This document shows, in pieces, positions 1 through 7,129 of a stretch of 20,000 bases of DNA. This DNA comes from an uncultured virus (IMG/VR IMGVR_UViG_3300022822_000010) (taxonomy: Duplodnaviria > Heunggongvirae > Uroviricota > Caudoviricetes), in IMG/VR virus record IMGVR_UViG_3300022822_000010; one strand, given 5' to 3'. Numbering within the stretch: position 1 is the first letter of the stretch; every line of letters starts with the position of its first letter. A model generated the notes under the pieces. It worked only from the letters and a program-made list of their open reading frames with translations. It had not been told where the DNA came from and ran no database searches. The position numbers and the translations under genes were made by a program.

Positions 1-460
1 ACGATTGTTCGTCACCAAAGTCATCGGAATCGTAATCACCGCAAGTAAAGAATTCTGAGAAGGCCCCTTGCTCGATATACTTGAATCTAATATCTTGTTG
101 CCTCTTCTCTTTTGCTAAGCGACGCAAGAATGCGTAGAATGCTATTTGCGTAAAATAAGAGAATGCGTTAGGTTTTTTTGTTCGAGTCGCTTTTGTGATA
201 TCATAATTGTTAATGGCTTTTAAACAGTTTTCAACAGCGTCCATTACCATCTCTTCGCGATAAGTGTATCTTATAAAGTTAGGTCTAAACGACAGTCCAT
301 CAGAAATCTTTAGAAAGCAGGTAGCGATATAGTCAGTGACTATGGGTACGGGTTTATCTTCTAACTTAGCTTCATTAGATAGTTTCACGTAATCATAGAC
401 TGCGTTTGAAAAGTCTCTGTTGTTCACATAATGAGGTTTTTCTTTCTTATCTTCTTTCAT
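1..460 (-). CDS. gp55: T4-like late-transcription sigma factor gp55 (3' end outside window)
   Basis: Not in the ORF track; translated by hand from ATG at 460: MKEDKKEKPHYVNNRDFSNAVYDY...DYIATCFLKISDGLSFRPNFIRYTYREEMVMDAVENCLKAINNYD...NAFSYFTQIAFYAFLRRLAKEKRQ. HYVNN, RPNFxxYTYREEM and NAFSYFTQIAxxAFLRR are gp55 hallmarks. Confidence 0.96.
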   Translation of the reverse strand, partial: MKEDKKEKPHYVNNRDFSNAVYDYVKLSNEAKLEDKPVPIVTDYIATCFLKISDGLSFRPNFIRYTYREEMVMDAVENCLKAINNYDITKATRTKKPNAFSYFTQIAFYAFLRRLAKEKRQQDIRFKYIEQGAFSEFFTCGDYDSDDFGDEQS

Positions 461-493
461 TTAAAGTAGCCCAGTTGTTAGTATTACTCCCCT

Positions 494-522
494 ATTATAC
501 TATATTTCGCGCTATTAGTAAA
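494..522 (-). promoter_or_regulatory. sigma70-type (early) promoter for gp55
   Basis: Minus strand TTTACT (522-517), 17-nt spacer, TATAAT (499-494), with AT-rich UP-like sequence upstream; the -10 box is about 35 nt before the gp55 ATG. Confidence 0.8.
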
Positions 523-546
523 GCCTTATTTAATTAAAAATAAAGC

Positions 547-575
547 TTGACTTTATGAGTAAAATAGGTTATAAT
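547..575 (+). promoter_or_regulatory. near-consensus sigma70 promoter, divergent from gp55, no downstream ORF
   Basis: TTGACT (547-552), 17-nt spacer, TATAAT (570-575), preceded by an A/T tract at about 526-544. Confidence 0.75.
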
Positions 576-609
576 AAGGAACCCCGCCGCAGCCAGAGTA
601 GTAGTAGTT

Positions 610-630
610 TAAGCAAAGCCCTTCGGGCAG
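610..630 (-). terminator. probable intrinsic terminator ending the gp3-uvsY-uvsW-Sm-like transcript
   Basis: Minus strand GCCC-GAA-GGGC followed by TTTGCTT, just after the stop at 633. The stem is short and the U-tract imperfect. Confidence 0.5.
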
Positions 631-632
631 GT

Positions 633-986
633 CTAGTGAATGGTATCGGATATAGGTAAAGTATAATCAGTATCCATTATCGATACAGCTTGAGAGATGA
701 TGGCGTTTAAGTAATTCCCTTTCATATCATCTTTTACTTGGCATGATGCCTCTATATGAGATTTGTAGACTACACAGTGATCTTCCTTATTCACGGGAAA
801 GTATTCTTCAAAGTCGAAGTAGAAAGTCCCATCAGTATCTCCGATCTTTATAAGTTTATAAGCGCTGTCCAGTATATAGCGATCATCTTCTTGATCATTT
901 ACGATAGCAATTATCTCAGTACCTGAAGACATCTTAATGTGTCTTATATCTAGATTAGACGCTTCTTCTTCTACACAATCTTTCAT
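633..986 (-). CDS. conserved small acidic protein, probable Sm-like fold (gene between uvsW and gp55 in marine T4-like phages)
   Basis: 117 aa; IRHIKMSSGTEIIAIV matches the 'KLxSGEEII' start typical of T4-like Sm-like proteins; ATGA overlap with uvsW; syntenic position. Confidence 0.6.
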   Translation of the reverse strand: MKDCVEEEASNLDIRHIKMSSGTEIIAIVNDQEDDRYILDSAYKLIKIGDTDGTFYFDFEEYFPVNKEDHCVVYKSHIEASCQVKDDMKGNYLNAIISQAVSIMDTDYTLPISDTIH

Positions 987-2476
987 TTGAATTCTACCTC
1001 ATAAATATTGTAAGTGAATTTCTCTTTAGCATAAACCGCTATACGAACACCAGCATGGTTGAGCGTGTAATTCTTCTTAGACTTCCAATGGAAATCATCT
1101 GCTACATCGAACAACATTGCTGTCTGACCATTATCGGCTATTCTTAAGCTTCTACCGATACTTTGTAAAATCTTAATCTGAGACTTACTTGGTGCCGCAA
1201 ATATTACATTATGAAGATTTCTTATATTAACACCAGTAGAGAATACTTGGAGCGAAGCGACAATCACTGCGTCTTTCTCCGTCTCCGTAATCTTTCTCAC
1301 CATCTCGCGCGTATCAACGTCTGTAGCACCAGAGACAAAGAATATTTTTCTCCCTCTTCTGGCCTTCTCTTGAATCATCTCGTGAAGTAACTTACCATGC
1401 TTTATACGTTGAAACAACACGAGCGTATTACCTTCTTGATCTACTGCTAAGTTTGTTAAAAACTTGTTTCGCTTCTCGTGTTCGATGATGTAATTAATTT
1501 CGGCTTGGTAGTCCATCTTGACTACTTCGCGGCATTCGTCGTCGCCATACTTTAATAGTAGCACGTTAATATCTAGGGCCGATATGTGGCCTTGATCCAT
1601 AAGTGTCTTAGTAGTCGTGACTTTGAATACGGGGCCGAACATACCTTCAAGTTGTAGCTTATGAGTATGCTCGCCGCCGATCGTACCCGTTGTACCAAGC
1701 CTGTACTCGGCTTCTTTTAACTTTGACATAATTGATGAGAGTGACTTAGCTTTGGCAGTGTGACACTCGTCTACAATACCCATCCCGAACCTAGCAAACC
1801 ACGGCGTTTGTAGATTATAAATCGATTGCCAAGTTGATATAAGAATTTTCTTTTTGATAAACTTATCTTTACCACCATATATCTTATGACACAATTCTTC
1901 AACATCAAAGCCACGGTCGTGTGTAGAGTAATCCGAAAAGTCGTCATACATCTGAGCAACAAGGGCTGTAGTCGGCACAACAATTAGGATATCTTTGTCG
2001 TAATTCTTCATGTAATGTCGAAGCATCGTGTAAATAATCAGCGACTTACCCGAAGCCGTTGGTGATAATAACAAGCTGTTCTTAGTTCTAATCGCGTGAT
2101 GAACCGCATCAAGCTGAAAATCTCGATGTTCGATTACTTCGCCGCGTGAAGTGAAGGTACAATCCTTTATGAAACTCATGTCTACGTCGTATGATGCTCC
2201 AGGTGAGCCGTAATAATTGTTGAACTTAACCTCAAGCGCATAATCTCTCGATTTACAAAACTCTTCAAGGTATTTAAACAACCCAACAGGCAATTCGTTT
2301 TTACGTGAATCCCAAAGTCTTATTTTACCGTCCCACATTTTATTCTTGAAACTAGGGATGAAAGCGTATCCGGGGACGAAAAAACAGAAAAAGTCGCTTA
2401 GTTCATTAGATATTCCGCGATCACATTCAATGTGTAAGAATGCGTGATTCTTCTTTTGTACAACTAACGTATCCAT
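983..2476 (-). CDS. uvsW: UvsW SF2 DNA/RNA-DNA helicase
   Basis: WDGKIRL N-terminal motif, Walker A SPTASGKS, DECH, GTTGT, QSIGRSLR. Start moved from 2506 to ATG 2476 (MDTLVVQKKN), just after the uvsY stop. Confidence 0.97.
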   Translation of the reverse strand: MDTLVVQKKNHAFLHIECDRGISNELSDFFCFFVPGYAFIPSFKNKMWDGKIRLWDSRKNELPVGLFKYLEEFCKSRDYALEVKFNNYYGSPGASYDVDMSFIKDCTFTSRGEVIEHRDFQLDAVHHAIRTKNSLLLSPTASGKSLIIYTMLRHYMKNYDKDILIVVPTTALVAQMYDDFSDYSTHDRGFDVEELCHKIYGGKDKFIKKKILISTWQSIYNLQTPWFARFGMGIVDECHTAKAKSLSSIMSKLKEAEYRLGTTGTIGGEHTHKLQLEGMFGPVFKVTTTKTLMDQGHISALDINVLLLKYGDDECREVVKMDYQAEINYIIEHEKRNKFLTNLAVDQEGNTLVLFQRIKHGKLLHEMIQEKARRGRKIFFVSGATDVDTREMVRKITETEKDAVIVASLQVFSTGVNIRNLHNVIFAAPSKSQIKILQSIGRSLRIADNGQTAMLFDVADDFHWKSKKNYTLNHAGVRIAVYAKEKFTYNIYEVEFK

Positions 2477-2478
2477 AA

Positions 2479-2925
2479 TTAAGCACCTGCGGTAAATTTC
2501 CGCCATTCTATAATGTTTTTAATAGTATTGCCCCTGAATCGAACATTACCCATAATCTCGTTTAGAGTCTCAACCGTAATCTTTATCTCATCTATGCTAT
2601 ACTTAGCCTCAATTAAGTCAGGGTCAGCATCATAAAATTTATCCATATCACTTTTCATGACTCTCAAGCCGTTCAGCGGGTCGTAATCCCAACCAAGATC
2701 ATCCATTTCTTCTTTAGATAACTTACCGTTGTACCAAAGAAACTTATTCTTGACGAGTATGCTATATTTTGCTTCGCGCTTTTTGAGAATCATTCTGTGT
2801 ACTGATAGAATTTCTAGGTATTTGCTGTGTATTCTAGCTGATGCGATTGAGGCATCGTCTAGTAGATTTTGGTCAATAATCGAGTCTTCTTTCCACATTG
2901 ATATAATTTTTTCGAGGTCAAGCAT
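2479..2925 (-). CDS. uvsY: UvsY recombination mediator
   Basis: 148 aa; WKEDSIID, IHSKYL, WYNGK, IKNIIEWRKFTAG motifs; adjacent to uvsW. Confidence 0.93.
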   Translation of the reverse strand: MLDLEKIISMWKEDSIIDQNLLDDASIASARIHSKYLEILSVHRMILKKREAKYSILVKNKFLWYNGKLSKEEMDDLGWDYDPLNGLRVMKSDMDKFYDADPDLIEAKYSIDEIKITVETLNEIMGNVRFRGNTIKNIIEWRKFTAGA

Positions 2926-2937
2926 ATAGTCGCCATG

Positions 2938-3450
2938 TTAAAGTATTTTATAATAAGAGTATTCAAAGCTAACCGAAGCCATAAGGTATTCGATGGTTTC
3001 GACGCCGCTGTCAAATTCGAGGGTAGATAATGAAACGGGGAATGCGCTAGCAAACAGTATTTCTTTTATTGGATTGTTGTGAGAGTCTAGTATGATTAAT
3101 GTAATATCTCGTTGCTTCGTTGCCGTAAAATTGCTGTCGGGATTATTTACTTGACCGACGATCCAATCGTGTATCTCTATATAGTTAGTCAATTTCTCAT
3201 CAACTATGAACTGTAAGTCTAACGGAGAATATTCGATGCGGTCCCCAATCATACCTACATTTCTCTGCGTAGCGCTGTAGTTCGCTTTTGGTAGTGATAT
3301 CGGTGGTATTGATGCGGTCTTTACAAGATATTCGACATTCTTGTATGTCATGTTATCTATGACTAACGCAAAACTGTTTGGAGCAAGAAAGTTAATATCT
3401 TTGTTTTTGGTACTCTCTTTTGCTAAGTCTATATCTGTATTATATATCAT
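2938..3450 (-). CDS. gp3: tail completion / tube terminator protein gp3
   Basis: NFLAPNSF, GDRIEYSPLxxxFIVDExLxNYxEIHDW, DITLIILDSHNNP, FPVSLSTLEF, SFEYSYY; lies after gp23. Confidence 0.9.
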   Translation of the reverse strand: MIYNTDIDLAKESTKNKDINFLAPNSFALVIDNMTYKNVEYLVKTASIPPISLPKANYSATQRNVGMIGDRIEYSPLDLQFIVDEKLTNYIEIHDWIVGQVNNPDSNFTATKQRDITLIILDSHNNPIKEILFASAFPVSLSTLEFDSGVETIEYLMASVSFEYSYYKIL

Positions 3451-3474
3451 TTATTCGCCTCCATAGGGTAATTG

Positions 3475-3482
3475 TATTTATA
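3475..3482 (-). promoter_or_regulatory. T4 late promoter TATAAATA (gp3-uvsY-uvsW operon)
   Basis: Exact TATAAATA on the minus strand, intergenic, followed by GGAGG RBS and the gp3 ATG. Confidence 0.88.
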
Positions 3483-3513
3483 AGGCATTTCGATAAGTGT
3501 AAACTCAAGACGT

Positions 3514-3536
3514 AAAAAAGGGGCCGAAGCCCCTTT
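3514..3536 (-). terminator. intrinsic terminator after gp23
   Basis: Minus strand AAAGGGGC-TTCG-GCCCC-TTTTTT: C(UUCG)G tetraloop hairpin plus U-tract. Confidence 0.93.
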
Positions 3537-3558
3537 AGATATTAAAGCAAATTAGCAC

Positions 3559-4893
3559 TTATGCTAAGATGTTACGTACTCCGAAGATACGGTAGTATAA
3601 ATTACTACGAACCGCACCAATCTCACCAGTCTGATCCATGTACGGGTTAGCAACCATACCGTAACGGGTCTTGAAACCGATTTTTGGTTGGAAAGTATTT
3701 TCACCAACAGCGCGAACCATAGTTAATGGGACATACGGTGCGTAGAAGATACCAGCATCATAAGCATTTGAACCTTTGTAGCCAACAGTAACATAGTTCT
3801 GAGTAGCGTATGGGTCAAGATAAACTTTAAGTCCACCAGTTACAACACCGACAAAAGTAGTACCAGTCACGTCAGACGCGATCGCAGCATTTCCTGATAG
3901 GGCTGTAGTGTTATCTAACAAACCAGAAGCAGAAAGGATAGCAGCAACGTCGGCAGAAACCAACATGAAGTTACCTTTACCACGACGTGTGTCGATAGCG
4001 ATTTGGTTAGCTTCACGCATAATGTGAACAAGCAAACCTTTATACTTTTCTAGAGACCAACGACCGTCTGAGTCAGTAGCTAAGTCAAATACACCTTTAA
4101 CAGCAACTTCAGCTTGCTGAGCGCCTAACTTCGCGCGGGTGTTAATTGTACGAACAACTTCACGGTTTATCTCGGCAAGAATCTCGCCAGATAGGATAGT
4201 CGCTAATTCACTTTCAGCGTCTAGGCCATGGATAGCTTTAAGGTCTTGCGCTAATTCCATTGTGTATTCTGCTTTCAAAGCACGAGACTTAGCAGTTACA
4301 GTAGTCTTGTCGATTGAGAAGCTCATTTCTGGGAAAGAGTTATCAGCAGCATCACCTAGTGCTTCGGCTTCAGCGGTACTCATACCCGTACCAACAATTG
4401 AGCTAGCAGCAGCATCGACGATATCATTACTATCGGCATCAGCGAATGGGTCAGCAATACCAGTAGCAGAACCAACAGTTGCTTGATTACCAGAAAATGC
4501 GGTGTCGGCTTCGTTGAACAATGCTTCAGTACCGTTGTTTGTTCCATCACGGTTCTTAGCGTAAGTTGACTTCATTGCGAAGATAAGTCCAGTTGGACCA
4601 GTCATTGGTTGTACACCAGCAATATCATAAGCAATAAGGTTAGGCATAGCACGTCTCACCAACGAGATCAAGATTGGATCCCATTTAGCAGCACCAACAA
4701 CAGAAGAGTTGTTAGAAACCGGAGCAGCTTCTGTCATAAAGTTAGAGTGGTTATTCTCTTCTGCGAGAGCCTTCTCTGTGTTTTCTAGCAATACTGCGGT
4801 AACAGCAGCACGGTGCGAGTCAGCAAATGCTGGCGCGTCGGTAGACTCCATTACTGGTGCCCATTTTTTCTTTAAGAGTTCTGAGTTAAACAT
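3559..4893 (-). CDS. gp23: major capsid protein gp23
   Basis: DPILISLVRRAMPNLIAYDIAGVQPMTGPTGLIFAM, AKSRALKAEYTMELAQDLKAIHGLDAE, YAPYVPL, FQPKIGFKTRYG; probable gp21 cut at FMTE55|AAP. Confidence 0.99.
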   Translation of the reverse strand: MFNSELLKKKWAPVMESTDAPAFADSHRAAVTAVLLENTEKALAEENNHSNFMTEAAPVSNNSSVVGAAKWDPILISLVRRAMPNLIAYDIAGVQPMTGPTGLIFAMKSTYAKNRDGTNNGTEALFNEADTAFSGNQATVGSATGIADPFADADSNDIVDAAASSIVGTGMSTAEAEALGDAADNSFPEMSFSIDKTTVTAKSRALKAEYTMELAQDLKAIHGLDAESELATILSGEILAEINREVVRTINTRAKLGAQQAEVAVKGVFDLATDSDGRWSLEKYKGLLVHIMREANQIAIDTRRGKGNFMLVSADVAAILSASGLLDNTTALSGNAAIASDVTGTTFVGVVTGGLKVYLDPYATQNYVTVGYKGSNAYDAGIFYAPYVPLTMVRAVGENTFQPKIGFKTRYGMVANPYMDQTGEIGAVRSNLYYRIFGVRNILA

Positions 4894-4911
4894 TTTGTAA
4901 ATCCTTGGTAT

Positions 4912-5967
4912 TTAGTGAGATTTTTTTAGAGCGGTAAGATAAGATTCCATACGGCTACTAACGATTGGGTCACCGCTTTCTTGTAGCTCTTCAGCTTCGT
5001 CTTTTACGACTACGGTCTTAATTTTAAAATAGCTTTCTTTGATAGTCGCGATCTTAGAAGTGAATGCTTTCTCGTTACGGAAGTCTACATCTTCGACTAA
5101 AGACTTGAGTTTTTCGCCTTGGGCAGCAGATAGATCAGCGGAATTTTCCGATATAATCTTGTCTCTCATTAGAATCTTATTAGCTTCATATAGCGACATA
5201 GCTTTCTGAACCTCTTCATTATAGGATTCTTCGAGTTCTTCTACTTTAAGCGCAAGTTCTTCTACTAGGTCCGCTTTACTTTCTGGTACTTCGATGTAAT
5301 GTTCAGAAAATACGCTTTGAAGTTTCTCCATAAACGACTCTGAAATTTCGGAACGCAAACCGCTATCAACCGCCAGCTTGTTTTCTTCCATCCAAGACTC
5401 AACTACGTAGTTTAAATAAGAATCTACTTTTTCTACGAGGTCTGTTTTGACAGCAGTAATTTCTTCCGATAATACTTCAGCGTATTGATCTTCGAGACTA
5501 TCGACAGCTTCTGATAATTTTGATGCCATAGCAGCCTCAAAAATAACACCAGCTTTTTCGCGGAATGCTTCAGACAAAGTAGCTTCGCCTTCAACAAGCG
5601 CATCTAGATCGTCGCCAAAATCAACATCTTCCAGCTTGGTCTTAGGCATTTCTGCAGAAGCTCTTGATTTTTTCGCAACAGGCTTTTTTGCTACTTTCTT
5701 AGCAGAAGCTTTAATAGCAGCGAATGTAGCATCATCGGCTCCGTTAATAGCTAAATCTAAATCTTCGTCCAAATCGTCTTCATCTTCGTCTTCGTCGTCT
5801 TCGTCGTAATCTTCGCCTTCGTTGTATCCAGCTCGCATAGTCATTTTCTTTTTAGCCGACATCGACATCTTGTCTTTCATTTCAGCTTTCAATTTTTTTT
5901 CCGCGATTAAATCAGTGTCTTCGACGATTTCATCTTGGAGGTCAGTCTTATTAACGTTTTTCAACAT
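4912..5967 (-). CDS. gp22: prohead core scaffold protein gp22
   Basis: LSEAFREKAGVIFEAA, KVDSYLNYVVESWMEEN, FSEHYIEVPE, KIATIKESYF, MESYLTAL. Start set at ATG 5967 (AGGAG RBS at 5978-5982) rather than GTG 6030. Confidence 0.95.
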   Translation of the reverse strand: MLKNVNKTDLQDEIVEDTDLIAEKKLKAEMKDKMSMSAKKKMTMRAGYNEGEDYDEDDEDEDEDDLDEDLDLAINGADDATFAAIKASAKKVAKKPVAKKSRASAEMPKTKLEDVDFGDDLDALVEGEATLSEAFREKAGVIFEAAMASKLSEAVDSLEDQYAEVLSEEITAVKTDLVEKVDSYLNYVVESWMEENKLAVDSGLRSEISESFMEKLQSVFSEHYIEVPESKADLVEELALKVEELEESYNEEVQKAMSLYEANKILMRDKIISENSADLSAAQGEKLKSLVEDVDFRNEKAFTSKIATIKESYFKIKTVVVKDEAEELQESGDPIVSSRMESYLTALKKSH

Positions 5968-6070
5968 TATTGTTATACTCCTATGAGTTAAAGTTCGAGA
6001 GGACACCGCTAATTGCAATCTCAGTCTCACTTACCATACTTTCAAAATGCCCATTATTATATTTACTTCT

Positions 6071-6078
6071 TATTTATA
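6071..6078 (-). promoter_or_regulatory. T4 late promoter TATAAATA (gp22-gp23)
   Basis: Exact motif immediately after the gp21 stop. Confidence 0.85.
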
Positions 6079-6079
6079 C

Positions 6080-6730
6080 TTATAAAGTATTTAAGAAATT
6101 CTTGAACAAACGCATTGACGTATCTGCATCAATGATTTTGTGATTCTCTTTTACAAACTTGGTCTGGTTCTCAAGCACCTCTTTAGTCCACTCACCGCGT
6201 GAGTTAAATATCCATTCAGCGCCTTCCATTATACCGTTAACAAACGCGTCGTGGGCGCTAGGGTCCTGAACGATATCGACTGTACTTAACATAAAATCTT
6301 TTCCGACAGTCAAAGTACCATCGCGCTGTCTATCAACCGAACCCATACCGCGAGTTGAGACGCCTAGTTTGACCCCGCCCTCAAGCAAGTCTTGCGCTAT
6401 CATTCCCATCGGGGTGTTTAATATCTTTGCTTTACCGATAACATTGTCGCCTTCCCAAACTAACGAAGTGATAAGATGAGACACTTTATCTAAATTAATA
6501 GTTGGCCCTTCGGGGTGATTAAGTTCACCGACCGAACGACCTTTGGAAACTTGCTCCGTGACGTATTTGTTTACAGCGCCTTCCATGATTGATTTAGGGT
6601 ATACTCGACCGTTACGATTCTTGGCTTCACTTTGCATGAAGATACCTTCAATGAATTGAATCTTCTTACCGCCAACCGCTTCTGATATATATTCAAGCTC
6701 TTGCTCAAAGTCTTCGCTTAATAGTTTCAT
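6080..6730 (-). CDS. gp21: prohead protease gp21
   Basis: IEGIFMQSEAKNRNGRVYP, GELNHP, VSH, LGVSTRGMGS, DIVQDPSAHDAFV. Confidence 0.98.
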   Translation of the reverse strand: MKLLSEDFEQELEYISEAVGGKKIQFIEGIFMQSEAKNRNGRVYPKSIMEGAVNKYVTEQVSKGRSVGELNHPEGPTINLDKVSHLITSLVWEGDNVIGKAKILNTPMGMIAQDLLEGGVKLGVSTRGMGSVDRQRDGTLTVGKDFMLSTVDIVQDPSAHDAFVNGIMEGAEWIFNSRGEWTKEVLENQTKFVKENHKIIDADTSMRLFKNFLNTL

Positions 6731-6731
6731 A

Positions 6732-6932
6732 TTATTGCCCCATTAGTTCGACAAATTGGTAGATGGCTTCTTCAGCTGCCTTGATACTCTCAAACTTATC
6801 TAACACATCACCATCTATTGTTGCGACAAATTTCGAACCCGATTTTTTAATAACGGCTTTGTGTTTCATTTTACCGACAGCAAATGACTTACCCGAAGCT
6901 TCCGCGATAAGTTGCTTATAAGTCTTCATCAT
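6732..6932 (-). CDS. small prohead core / internal head protein at the gp68 position
   Basis: 66 aa between gp67 and gp21; N-terminus MKTYKQLIAE resembles the T4 capsid-targeting sequence. Start could be 6929. Confidence 0.7.
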   Translation of the reverse strand: MMKTYKQLIAEASGKSFAVGKMKHKAVIKKSGSKFVATIDGDVLDKFESIKAAEEAIYQFVELMGQ

Positions 6933-7086
6933 CGACCGCTTTCTGAGGACTCATTGATGCGCCAATTTCGGGTCGTCTTGCTTCGATTGCGTCCGATATA
7001 CGACTTCTTAGTTCGCCGGTGAACTCTGATTTGGCTTCAGAGGTGTTACCGTTTTCGAGAGCGGTAATAAAATTTTCGATTGACAT
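6916..7086 (-). CDS. gp67: prohead core protein gp67
   Basis: Not in the ORF track; hand translation MSIENFITALENGNTSEAKSEFTGELRSRISDAIEARRPEIGASMSPQKAVDDEDL (56 aa); AAGGA RBS and late promoter upstream; directly after the portal as in T4. Confidence 0.85.
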   Translation of the reverse strand: MSIENFITALENGNTSEAKSEFTGELRSRISDAIEARRPEIGASMSPQKAVDDEDL

Positions 7087-7104
7087 AATTAGTTTCCTTT
7101 AAGT

Positions 7105-7112
7105 TATTTATA
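7105..7112 (-). promoter_or_regulatory. T4 late promoter TATAAATA (gp67-gp21)
   Basis: Exact motif in the gp20-gp67 gap. Confidence 0.88.
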
Positions 7113-7129
7113 ATAATAATTATTTTAAG

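Noticed and set aside
4139..4900. Plus-strand ORFs 4139-4486 and 4709-4900
   Set aside because: Antisense shadows of gp23 arising from its codon bias; no RBS or recognisable motifs.
5968..6030. GTG start at 6030 for gp22 (likewise 2506 for uvsW and 13328 for gp16)
   Set aside because: Downstream ATGs at 5967, 2476 and 13316 fit RBS position or gene coupling and family N-termini better.
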